This document shows, in pieces, positions 1 through 12,265 of a stretch of 64,000 nucleotides of DNA. The stretch is from Octopus sinensis (Eukaryota): positions 66,774,001 to 66,838,000 of the forward strand of contig NC_042999.1 in the NCBI RefSeq assembly GCF_006345805.1. Direction: 5' to 3'. Below the pieces are notes generated by a model. It saw nothing but the letters and a program-made list of their open reading frames with translations. It searched no databases and was not told where the DNA came from. The translations under genes and the position numbers were made by a program. Numbering within the stretch: position 1 is the first letter of the stretch; each line of letters starts with the position of its first letter.

Positions 1-354
1 TTCCATGATCAGAATATTCAATAATAACAGTAACGTCATTTATACACGAAGCACTTATTTTGACAATTTGAATATAAATATTTTTCTGAACAAATTTTGA
101 TGTACCGAATGTATTGTTTGAAGAAATAAATAAAACTCTAAGACACAAAATCTGTAGAAACAGCTTCGAAGATCGGTAAATAACCTTAGAAACGCAAAAA
201 TTTGGCCGGCAAGCCGCTGCAAATTATCGAGACTCTTAACACTAAAATTCTGGCTACCTGTGCCATTAAGTTGCATGACCCCTGATAACAGATACGGTCT
301 TTATAAGAAAGATCATCAGCAGCAGCATCAGTAGCATCATCATCATCGCAAAAA

Positions 355-972
355 GTGTTGTCAGACTTTAGCAAAATTAAGGTGTTTGCATTCAGCGTCT
401 ATACCCATAATACATTGCCATGAAGAATGTTATAATTTTGCAGAAGCTATGGCAAATAACTTTAAATTCTTCAAAACCAGAGTTCCATCAAAGAAATTAT
501 TTTCTCCAGGATAATCGGTTATTTTTTTCTTTACTGGATAATGATCTATACCACTTTAAATCTGTGTGATGTGACAGAAAAATGTCTGTAATTTTATCCT
601 CAATTCGGTGTGGAGACACACACACACTCACACGCACATACACACACACACTGGCACACACACACAAGCGTGCGCGCGAACTTCAATTTCAAAGCGGATC
701 AACGGTTCATCTGGAGTCATAAGCTCCTGAGGCCGGTTTACCAAACTATGTGGTGTCTCTATCGCTACTCTCTGAACTGAACTCCGTATTGTCGCCGAGT
801 TACCTATTTTTCCCAACTGTTTGGACTGTAGCAACGTGAAATGAATTGCTGAGGCCAAGAATACGATGCTTCGCCGACTCCAATAATCCAACCCAGAAGA
901 TTGCAATCAAGATTGCAAAACACTAAGTTACACACCTTGTGTGTGTATGTGTATACATATATGAATATATTA
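355..972. repeat. Block duplicated in inverted orientation at 14941-15612
   Basis: Reverse complement alignable over about 600 bp (roughly 85% by eye) including an internal (CA)n. Confidence 0.85.
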
Positions 973-1027
973 TGTATACACATAATATACACGTGAAAGC
1001 ACGTGGTTGGATATATATAAAAAAAAC

Positions 1028-1575
1028 AAAAGAGTGAAAAGACTACAGAAGGCTTGTTTTATAAGGTTAAAGAATATATTTAAGTCGTTATGTTAGAAAA
1101 ATGTTAGAAAATTTTGTGTATAGTAACATAGATTTGGGGGAAAGACCGGTTTTGTGTAAACTTTTCAATTTCTCAAATTTATTTACCTACATCGTGTCAC
1201 GTCTTCATTATGAAGTGCAAAGAGAGTTCCAGGCAGGGGGAGGTAATAAGGGATTTCTTCTAACATTCTTATACAGAGAAACTTATCTCATTAAAAAATA
1301 AATAAATAAATAAATAAAGTGATTATCTCCCTTATTCGGGAAGAAATCCCTTATTACCTCCCCCTGCCTCGAACTTCTTTTTGCACTTCGTAATGAAGGC
1401 ATGACACGATGTAGGTAAAGAAATTTCAGAAGTTGAAAAGTTTACACGAAACCGGTTTTTCTCCAAAGACTATGTTACTATACACAAAATTTCCTAACAT
1501 TTTTCTAACATAACGACTTAAATATATTCTTAAACCTTATAAAACAAGCCTTCTGTAGTTTTTTCAATCTTTTCT
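1028..1575. mobile_element. Foldback/MITE-like element with about 230-bp inverted arms and about 80-bp spacer
   Basis: 1028-1260 is the reverse complement of 1341-1575; flanked by TA repeats. Confidence 0.7.
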
Positions 1576-1640
<65 letters not shown>

Positions 1641-1656
1641 GAATATATATACATAC

Positions 1657-1690
<34 letters not shown>

Positions 1691-2139
1691 CTATATATAT
1701 ATATATATGTGTGTGTGTGTCTCTCTCTCTTTCTATATATATAACATTTACTTGTATATAACAATACAAGGCTAACAATAACGTTTAGAATAGTTAAGAA
1801 CTGAACGTATTCTCACGGAAGGGTCGGAGGTTATAGCTCAGCACCACTCAATATTGTAAATACGTGGTCTCGTTTATATCAAACACACATATATATATGG
1901 TGATTACATATAATTTCTTTTGTAGAAGAAAACCCAAAACCAGGACTGTTCTACTGGTCCCGTTACTTGATGGTGGTACCGGTTGGTTCCCCTGCTCGCA
2001 ATTTATCTGATGTAGCTCTGCCTCAAAAACAAGCCAGAAGAAATGTCGTCTTAGTGTCAAAATTATTGCGGTAGAGTCCATTCAAACGGACAGACATGTT
2101 GAAGTGGATACGAATAATACTTGCTTTATATATATATAT

Positions 2140-2960
2140 ATATATACGATGTGTTTCTTTCAGTTTCTTTACTCGGTGGCGGGAGTCGGAGCCTCCACGG
2201 GCACCCCGGGAGGTCCCTCTCCTCTCCCGCAACCTGCACGTCACCTGGTGGGCAACTACCGTTGCTCACCTTCCTCTTCCTCTTTGTCGAGGCCGACCCC
2301 TCAACAACCTCCTCCACCTCTCACTGCAATGGGAGAGCGGAGGGCATCTTCACCTTTCCCTGCTCCGGGGCCTTACTACAGACCCTTGGGCAGCCTTTTT
2401 TAATGTGCGCCAACTCCAAGCACGAATGACACTTGAGGTGGGGGTGACCCTCAAGTATCGCTGGATACCTGGAGCCAGCCATTTCCAAAAAGTCAGGGAA
2501 ACTAATTTCACCCGCGGCCACTGGGGTCCATAGAGTCAAAGTAACCTTTGCACCCTCCCAGCTGACTGCAGGCGTCACCTTCACGTCTGAGAGTCTGGGA
2601 CTACTATCCCACAGACCCACCGGATGGCATATGCGATCCACCCCGCTTCGGTGCCCGGGGACAGCCCACATACCCAAGTTCGTATCACCTTCTTCCCACT
2701 TATTGTGGGAAGAAACAAAATTTCTTCGCCTTGCAGGGGCTGGCTAGCCACACCACCAGCTTCCTCAGGGGAGTCAAACAGCATCCACACCGTGGATATT
2801 TGACTCTCCTGGCTATAAAGTATTTTTTAGCTTGAAAACACCTTGCCAGTTCTTTTTCTATGATACCCCTATCGCAGGGGGTGATGGCATGAAGCGACCT
2901 AGAATAGATCCGTATTACCACCGTTCTCCTCTCAAGGCTTTCAATCCATTACTTAGGTGG
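2140..2960 (-). mobile_element. LINE ORF1 relic (L1/Tx1-like) with CCHC zinc knuckle
   Basis: GC-rich frameshifted minus-strand ORFs; KCHSCLELAHIKKGCP = CX2CX4HX4C. Confidence 0.6.
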
Positions 2961-3579
2961 GACAACCTCCCACTCTAAGGCACGTTTTGTATTTGCCATG
3001 TTAAAAATCAGTTCACATGGAGAAAGAAAGTCCAAATAAATTAGAAGAAGTCCAAAAAGAAATAAACAAGTCAGTCCAAATGAATAAAAATAAAAATCCA
3101 AAAGAAACGTGAAACGTGAAAACAGTTCCAAAGAAAAAAAAATACAGAAGGATAGTGAAAAGAAAAACAGTTCACACAGCGAACATCAATGACCAACAGG
3201 TACTCCTGGCCAACTTCGTAGGTTCAATGGTAATCCAACAAGTTTCAATGGCAAAGTCCAATACGGTCGAGCGAGGATACGCCCACATTTTTTTCCAATA
3301 CAACAGAACAACAAACAGCTGTCCCGACAGCAGGCACAATTACCCCGGAAATAGGCGAAATTCATCAACAAACAAACAATTACTATTTGACAAATTACAC
3401 CCAGCTCAAACGAAAACAAAACCACCTAGCTCGACGACCTTATGCCGCTGTTGTTCTTTTTTCTTTCAGTTAAATATTGGATGGAGCCAACACACTCACG
3501 TCCACCTCGGTTCCCCGTAATAAGCAACACCAACGCGCATGTGCGGGAAGCAAGCTACTTACCGCACAGCCACTCTTAC

Positions 3580-4800
3580 GCCTTTATTTATTCGCATTAC
3601 AAAAATTTTACATTATAATATTTTCTGAAAGTCAACTATAGCAAAGATTTCATACCAAGACATCAACGACGACATCAAATTTTCTATATAAGTGTGTACC
3701 TTAAATGACTTCGATTACTCTGTATGTTTTAAGGAATTACATTCTCTCTCATATGCACACGCACACGCACACACATATATAAAAAAAGATGTATGCATAT
3801 GTATTCATCTATGTGTAAATGAAGGATGTGTATGTGTGTGAGACAGAGAGAGACCGAGCGAGTGCCGCTTACACATACATGACAAGACACATCTTCACTC
3901 ACTCAGTCTCTCTCATTCTCTCTCTCACACGCAGGTCCATTTCACATACACGTACATACCCCCCACACGTCCATTTCACATACACGTACATATCCCCCCC
4001 CCCACACACACACACACGCCCATTTCACATACATGTATATACCCACACACACACACGTCCATTCCACATACACGTACATACATCTCTTCTCTTTCTTCTC
4101 TCTTTCACTTTCTGCTCTCACTTCAAAGCAAACGTCGTGGTTTCATTTTCTCTTCTCTTTCAATTTCAGCTTTCTTCAAAGCATAAAGAAATAATTTTTG
4201 AAAAGGAACTGAGTTGCCAATTTTGACGAATAGAATATCAAAAATTCAGTAATAGTTTGGCCAGTAAAGTACCTTATTTGCATTTACATATTTGCATTAC
4301 AAAAATTTAACATCTGTCTATAATTCAAGTATCCTAAACGAAATTGTATACCAAGACGACGACGACGTCACATTTTCTATATGAGTGTGTGCCTTAAAAG
4401 ACGTCCATTTCTCTATAAATTATGAGGAAATATAATCACTCACTTTCTCACATGCAAACGCAGACACACAGAAAGATAATGTGTGTGAGAGAAATAAATA
4501 GAAAGAGCGAGAGCGGGAGAAAGGTAGTGAGGACCACTTACACATACATGCAAAAAATTACATACAGGAAAACACACATTTCATTCATTCTCCCTCTCTT
4601 TCTTTCTCACTCTTTCATACGCACACACCTACGCATGCGCACACACACGTCTATTTCATATACACGTACATACATCTTTCACTTTCTCCTCCCTTTGCAT
4701 TTCTGCTCCCATTTCAAATCATATGTCGCGTTTTCACTTTCTCCTCTTTTTCAATTTCTATTCTCTTCAAAGCATAAGGATATAAAAAAAATCCATACGG
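3580..4800. repeat. Old tandem duplication (about 690-bp unit, 2 copies plus partial third) with an internal about 30-bp minisatellite
   Basis: 3580-3720 resembles 4270-4420; 4080-4190 resembles 4670-4780; cacacgtccatttcacatacacgtacata repeated at 3925-4085. Confidence 0.7.
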
Positions 4801-4892
4801 AAATTAAAGAACAATCATATGATCTACCATATGAAACACTCAACAACGTTCCTGCTTCAAAAGAAAGGTTGCCGTAAAACATCATACTTTCG

Positions 4893-4931
<39 letters not shown>

Positions 4932-5164
4932 ATACACACACACATACGCACACTACGTAAAACTTCTTTATGAATTATGTTATTTCTTGCTATGTGCACG
5001 CGCAAAATTACTGCCGAAATCCAATTGAAATCACGTTTTTCTATTCTGTAATTTGTGAATTCTCTCTCTATATATATATATTTACATACATACTCAGAAT
5101 CGCACGTATGCTTGGACACATGCACTAATCTTACAAATGTGTGTGTGTGTGTGTGTATGTGTGT

Positions 5165-5200
<36 letters not shown>

Positions 5201-5361
5201 TGTTTGTGCGCGTGTGTGTGCGCGTGTGTGTGCGTGTATATGTATCTCTCTATGTAGTGGTGTTTCCCTTTTTCTTTGAAAATGCATGCAAGGAGATAAT
5301 GGCCAGGATCTTTACCTGTAATCTCAATAATTACTATTTTGAAGGTTTATAATAAAACTTT

Positions 5362-5437
5362 CATTGAAATAAACAAGTGATAAACAACTCGGAATGTATT
5401 GTATTTGTGACAGCTTGGCTTAGGATTCTTATATAAG
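5362..5437 (+). promoter_or_regulatory. Promoter cassette of peptide gene A (CATTGAA, TGATAA, TGACAGCTTGG, TATATAAG)
   Basis: cattgaaataaacaagtgataa at 5362-5383, tttgtgacagcttgg at 5404-5418, gattcttatataagagca with TATA at 5430-5437; same motif order at 19953-20040 and 26203-26278; GTAAGT donor follows at 5481. Confidence 0.75.
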
Positions 5438-5457
5438 AGCATTGTTACCTTCTACAC

Positions 5458-5480
5458 CACATACGAAGAAGCACTTACTG
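5458..5480 (+). other. Non-coding exon 1 of peptide gene A (start approximate)
   Basis: Begins about 25-30 nt after the TATA box and ends at CTG|GTAAGT (5481); same layout at the two paralogous promoters. Confidence 0.6.
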
Positions 5481-6595
5481 GTAAGTTTCATTCTTCCTAT
5501 CTTCATATCTGTATTTATATTTTACTGTCTCTCTATGTATCTTTCTGCTTGTCTCTGTCTGTCTCTATCTATCTATCTATCTATCCATCTATCTATCTCT
5601 TTATCTACATCCTTTATTTTCTTTAGTCTTTAGACTGCAACCCTAGCAGTTTAACATAAGCAGTTCGCCCACACTACTGAGCACCAGACTAACTGCATCC
5701 TTCTCAGTTGCCGAATTGTTAAATTACTGTGACATAAATAAACCATCTCTGGTTATCAAGTGTTGGTGCAGGACAGACAAAACACACACACACATTTCTG
5801 TGTTACATGCAGGGCTTCCTCACCATTTCCTTATTCACCAGAAATGGGGCGGTGGCCCTTGGGTATTGTAGGATACCCTTTCCCAATTAATGCAGTTGAC
5901 TGAACTCGAAGCCGTGTACTTCCAGAGCTACAAGTCTTCAATGAACGAATATCCAGATTTATTGTATTTATTTTGTCAGTAATGACTATAGATTATGTGA
6001 AAATCCACTAATACGGATCGAATGTCATACACAGACTAGAGAAATTGAGTACACCTTTGCATCATAAACCCAAGTTATATCTAGAGCTTCGGGGATAATT
6101 TGAAACAGAATCTAGGTATTCTGGACGTACTTCAATACTTATCGCGTTTTAATATGTGACCCGTCTATTTAGAAATATGTGTTTGACATTCATATCAGCA
6201 ATGACGTGGCGAGAACGTTAAATGTTTCAAGTTCAGTGGAAGTAAAGTTAGTCAGTTTCTGATACGTTATTAGTATGAAGGAATCCCCGGAGATACGTAT
6301 ATAGAATTGCTGGATGCAATTGTTAAACATGCTGTAGAGATATATAACAAACTGCATGAATGTCAAATGATAAGAAACCACTGTATAAGAAAATATAAGT
6401 GACAAACATATTTCAAGAAGTTACTTGTTACTCCAGTTGGTTGTATAAGGTTATATTTAGGGGCTCATATACCCGCGTTTGGATGTAGATTTAAGATATA
6501 TGAAGTAAACAGATCTGCCACAGATGTTAAAGTAGCGACCATATTATGTTGTAAATAAGTAAAAAATGGTTACATAAGTTCTATGTACACACGAG

Positions 6596-8230
6596 GCACT
6601 AAATTTCATTTTTTATTTTGTTGTTAAATACATGTAGACTTCTGATTCCTGCCACATTTCTGATGCTAATTTCCAATCCGATATCTAAGTACCTCTAATC
6701 ACGTCCATACTTTCTGTAACCGATAACCATTTTTCATTTTTTTCCTGCCGTTTCTATTATGAAAGCCATCTAAACGGCTTTTCCGTGTTACGTTTTATGA
6801 TAAGTATACTTAGATAATTAGTAAACATGAATGTCTTTCCCCCTTTACTAAGGAACTTCCTGTTTTTAAGTGAAACTTTGGTGTTTCCTTTTCCGTTGTC
6901 CCTTGTAGGTTGACATGAATCTCTCTCTCTCTCTCTCTGCAGGAACCAACAAGAATCTCCTATCATATTTAGGTTGAAATTATGTTGGTATCTGCTTTCC
7001 ATAACTGAGATCTGTTGGTCTACGCGCTTACCATGCTCGTCACTTACCACTCGACTGTAGGTCGGAAAGAAGATGAGAATGTAAAAAAAGCATTTTCAAA
7101 GACATTCTGTATCCCAAGTTTTCTTAATATTTAAGCATACTTTCTACGAGTTCACAATTGGTTTTAGTTTTGGAAATTTCAAGAAGATTTTTCACAGAAA
7201 TGTTGAGTCGTTGATTACATTGCGAATCTGTGGTCCAATGAAAACTCCAGCTTCTAGCTTAGCAACTGCCAATATTCCTTTGAATTTATCCTTTCGATAT
7301 TAGAATCTTTCGGAAATTTTTCACAAGATCAAGTTGAATGTGAAATGGTGGAAGATGTACTTTATGAAGGTCAGTAAGTGCTGAGCTTTTCATATTGTAT
7401 TTACCAATAACATGTTTAGCTCTAGTTGGCTAATCATGTTTCTGGAGAAGTTCTTGTAATTACTGCTGTCCCATAGACACAAAAACGCATATGTTTTGTG
7501 TAGACCAACTATAACCCAAAAAGTAATGATACAATTTTAAGGTCGACACATTATTCTAAATACAATCTTTATACTTCGTGAATCTTAGCAGCAGTTCGAT
7601 TGTGCAGTAATGCTGCTTCAAGCCTAGCTTTAAAAGAGTCAATGAACATTCACCATTCTTTTCAGACATAGCGAATGTTAAATCCTTTCGTTCAGACCAC
7701 TGAAGTCGTGGCAGAAAGAAACGTCTTCGTCCCGTATGTGATATGATGGAAACTGCAAATGGCGATGGCGTATACGGGAAATTTGGCGCTTGGTTGGAGA
7801 AGATTCCATTCTTGAAATCTGGAACCAAGCAAGTCTGCCTCTCAATATTAGTAACTTCTCTTGACCAATCTCAGGAAGTATTGACATCTGGAACATATAG
7901 GCCATCTATCTCTATTTCTACATTACTATCAGAATCTTCAGATGAACTCCTCTCTGTTGCTGTTGCTGGTGGAGCGGGTGGTTTCATCATGTGATACCCG
8001 TTTTATTGCTGATTTGCAATTTGAATAAAAGATTTAATGTATTAGTTTCTTTGAGACTTAATATTTGTCAAACACAAACCATATTCATTGATGTGGTTTT
8101 GCAGCTTACGCAAAACCCTAGGGATTGAGATCTGCATAGCTTTCTTTTACTGTTCATCCAGGCTATTAACAACGAATTGCATTGTGCACGGCAATATGTG
8201 GATCCCAGTTCTACTTTTGTTGTCCTAACT
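6596..8230 (-). mobile_element. Degenerate DNA transposon, Chapaev3/CMC-like transposase relic, in intron 1 of gene A
   Basis: Minus-strand translation with stops contains HLPPFHIQLDLVKNF and VSDEHGKRVDQQISVMESRYQ, resembling LPPLHIKLGLMKNF and SDEHGERFHQDI..ME.RYQ motifs; family assignment from memory. Confidence 0.55.
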
Positions 8231-8417
8231 TAATGTTAAAATAATATTTGTAGGTAAGTTTAATGTTTGTGGATATGTTTCTCAGATGTATATTGTTTAT
8301 AGATATAGCAGGAGCTGTCCATAGTATATATATACTAATACAATTGTTTGTTTGTATTCCACCTGCCTTCGTCTTTTGTTTATTTTCATAAAGCTTCTAG
8401 TTATACACACACACACG

Positions 8418-8474
<57 letters not shown>

Positions 8475-8562
8475 CTAATGTAGGATAAAATGTTTTTGGA
8501 GAAAAAAATGTTATCAATGGCCTGCATATCAAAAAATTCCTTTAAAGGTTAAATTCATAAAC

Positions 8563-8763
8563 AACTTATAAAATAAGGGCAAAAGAAAAATACTAATGCC
8601 AAATATGCCGAAAAAAAGACAAAATTGTCAATAACCATTATAATCTATGCGTCTTGAAACATGTCGATGTTTCGAGATGCATAAATTATAATGGTTATTG
8701 ACAATTTTGTCTTTTTTTCGGCATATTTGGCATTAGAATTTTTTCTTTTTGCCTTATTTATAA

Positions 8764-8766
<3 letters not shown>
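8563..8766. repeat. Near-perfect about 200-bp palindrome (MITE-like) in gene A intron 1
   Basis: Arms of about 100 bp centred on gaaacatgtcgatgtttc. Confidence 0.8.
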
Positions 8767-8803
<37 letters not shown>

Positions 8804-8962
8804 ATATGTATATATAAATATACATATATATGTGGACATATACATACAAACATTATGCCTATGTATACATATACATCATTATATATCTATATATGTGTGT
8901 TTACGTATGTATATATATATATATATATATATGTTGGTATTTATAAATTTTACAGGTTCAAC

Positions 8963-9023
8963 ATGAATTCTATACTCTCCTTCATCTTCTTGGGAATTTA
9001 CATGATGATTGCCCTGACCGAAG
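8963..9023 (+). CDS. Peptide gene A, signal-peptide exon ([20 protein letters not shown] + G, phase 1)
   Basis: Acceptor ttttacag|8956, ATG 7 nt into the exon, 61-nt hydrophobic CDS, donor G|GTAAG at 9024; same geometry as 31336-31403. Confidence 0.85.
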
Positions 9024-10947
9024 GTAAGAACACTGGTCACCCATTCGTTAAGTGATTTTTCGACCCTTGTCTATTTGCGCATCCAAATCTAATTTTGGTG
9101 CAGGATTTACATAATCAATTTTCTGAGAATTACAATTCATACAAGTATGCTTTCTTAAAAAATTCCCTATATATGAGATTCATTTTATAGATAAGATATA
9201 TCTTAATATAATCCTTAATCAATCCCTTCAGTTCAGTTTGTTCCCTTCATTCTTATTGCTTCCTATTCATGTCTGCTTCAACAGACCACATCTCAATATT
9301 CACTTCGAGCAATTTCATCTCACCAATAACATCGTAAATTTATTCTGCTACGATTCCTTGCATTCCATTCGACGAAATTCCTCTGCTCTATCCTTTCATT
9401 GGTCGAAATCACACAATTACCGATTGTTCCTTTAGGTTGGACTTAGTTCTCCATAAGTGCGATTGCGATTATCACACGGCTATGTAAATACCACATTTAG
9501 AACTAAACATAACATACTGAAACACATAATAAACTCTCAGTTTGATGCACAGACATACATGTATCCACACCCACACAAACACACACAGACACATACAGAC
9601 ACACACTCACACACACACATGCAATCGCACACATACATTACACATACACTCACACGACATACACCACACAAGTATACTAAGCAAAAATTCATCTTTTATT
9701 AAAACTCTTAATGCAACACGGAACCAAAATGTGCCTCTTCTGATTAAATGCAGATGAATGTTGGTTACGCTGCCCTTTTCATGACTCTCAAAACCCGTCG
9801 TTCATTTCTACATTGAGCGTTATTCATTTTGTCTTTACTGGAATGCGTACCAAATAATCGATTATTACAGACCAAGATTCCATTGCCAATTGCAGTATCA
9901 CATATATGATGGACACCAAAATAAAGAATAAGTTTTTTCATGGTTTTGAGCATTTCCTCATTCTCAGAGACTATTTCCAAAGATATAATCACTGGAAACT
10001 CTTATTCTAAGAAGAAACACATTCCCTCTTATACACAATTGAAAACATATCAGTCCAATATCAAAAACGATGTAATGCATTTTATAAGAATGCTTAATCA
10101 TTTCCTTCAGTAGAAACCTCAAGAACGCTGTTCTATCTGTCAAACAGTTCTAAATGAATCTCATGAAATCACTGGGTACCATATATTTGTTATAGATGTC
10201 ATCACTATGATCTTTCTTTAACAGATTCAATCCTTCTCTTAACCTATTTATTCAATATTTCGTTATTTGAGCTGCTACTCTCTAGAATACACTTTACATT
10301 TTAGTTTTCTCAGAATCGTGAAAATTTGGAATGTCCTATTTGAGATCCCGAGTCTGTGTAGATGTACATTAAGAACGTCTCTTCCAGCTGTATTATCACC
10401 GTCACTTAAAACATAACGTTCTATGAAAATCATCAATTGGTTTTTCTAATATATTGATCAGTCGTTGAAAGTGAGTAAATAATTTTCGCAGGAGTAAACG
10501 TCTCGCATGTGTATATTATATAAAAGCCATGGTGTCACTATCACAGCAATATATTGTTGATTGTAAATCGCTTCATGGAATTCATCCAAATTATCAATTA
10601 ATTTAGAGCACTTAAATTCATGAAAAACAGAACAATTAAAATCATAGCAGTCAAATCAACTAATTTTGTGTCGTCTACAATAAAGATAAAATTAGGAAGT
10701 TCAAACGACAAATTGGTATGGGTAATAGGTGACGGAATAATGGAGTTATTTAGGATATTATAGAGAGATGTATACGTTGAGAGTAAATTGTGTTAAACCT
10801 TGTACACGCTGAACGTTGACCTGTGTAGTAGCAGATTTAAAGTAAGAGATGAATCTAATGAATGTAGTAAGATGCAACGTATCTTTATCTTCGTTTTTAA
10901 ATATCATAAGATGCTATTTAATGACATTTCGGATTTTCTAATTTTAG

Positions 10948-11132
10948 CCGGTGAAGTGGAATGTCCATTTGATTGCCAGGCTGAGCTTAAAAGAAAACAT
11001 ATTGCTCTTACTTATGAGTCTATGCAGAAGTGTAATCAAGAGCACTGCAAATGTCGATACATGTGCTATAAAACACATTATGGAAAAATAACAATGGATG
11101 ATTATAAGAAGTGTGCTGCTGGGTGTCCATGA
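10948..11132 (+). CDS. Peptide gene A, terminal exon: mature 8-Cys peptide (A)GEVECPFDCQAELKRKHIALTYESMQKCNQEHCKCRYMCYKTHYGKITMDDYKKCAAGCP; spliced precursor 81 aa
   Basis: Acceptor ctaattttag|10948 joins the phase-1 donor in frame (G+CC=Ala, giving a T-E-A cleavage site); stop at 11130-11132; AATAAA at 11171-11176. Confidence 0.88.
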
Positions 11133-11862
11133 ATTATATTCGCCGTTTGTTTATTGTATACAATTCACGAAATAAAATTAATGATATATGATATTATAAG
11201 CAATAATTTTGAAGAGAAAATGAATATAGACCACTGACCAAACCGATGAAAATATCTCTTGCATATCAGTTGGGTTTCTATATCTGTTCTTCATAAAATT
11301 CATTCTTAAAATACCAAATATATCTAGGAATATGAAAACATTCTTGATTTATAATTGTCTGGTGGTATTACTTCATTTCTATAAAATGTTACTTACTAAT
11401 ACTAGAAACATCACTCTGCTGAACACTTGTTGCATATTAAAGATTACTGTTGAATAATTGATAAATTGATCAGTCATTTTATCTAATTAATCTTAATGCC
11501 AGGATAAAAAGTAAGTTGCACATTATATATGAGACAAGCAATAAATTATAGTCACTACATAATTTTTCTTTGTTTCAGTAAATTTGACTTACAGCTGTTT
11601 CTTATGATAGCTACTGGAAACAGCTGCATGTCAAATTTATTGCAATAAAAAATCATATGTAATCACCATTATTTATATCTTGTCTTGCATATATCGCTGT
11701 GTGTAAAAAGCAGTAAAACCATGGATTTACAATATAGAGTGGTGATGAACTATAACCTCCGATCATCCAATGACAATACATGCATTTCTTTACTATTGTA
11801 AACGATATTGTTAGCCTGGTGTGTTAACAGAGATATTATGAAGTATTATTCCTTACAAGTAA

Positions 11863-12003
<141 letters not shown>

Positions 12004-12177
12004 CACAGATATATATATACATATATATTCGGTTAAGTAATTGAGATTCTAGTGAATTCTAAAGAATTCACATGAATATGGTCCTTAACTAGGATGCACC
12101 GGATATCTATATGGTGTTAACCATACGACAAGTGGGGTGATTATAAATAGGAAAAAAGCAACAAGAATGGATTAAAA

Positions 12178-12265
12178 TCTCGGTACGATCGTTTCGTACG
12201 AGGACATCTTTAATAAGCTACAAAAAATGCAGTGAATACAGATGGCTCGTACTCGTCAGCCGAAA
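12178..12265 (-). ncRNA. Type-I hammerhead ribozyme (PLE-associated)
   Basis: Reverse complement of the 14406-14493 motif, intact core. Confidence 0.8.

Noticed and set aside
7303-7374. Exon-like stretch with AG and GTAAGT in gene A intron 1, and ORF 7743-7994
   Set aside because: Antisense to the decayed transposase relic on the minus strand; no family motif
10800-10947. N-terminal part of the 110-aa ORF 10800-11132
   Set aside because: Intronic read-through; the acceptor at 10947 and the upstream signal exon explain the protein better
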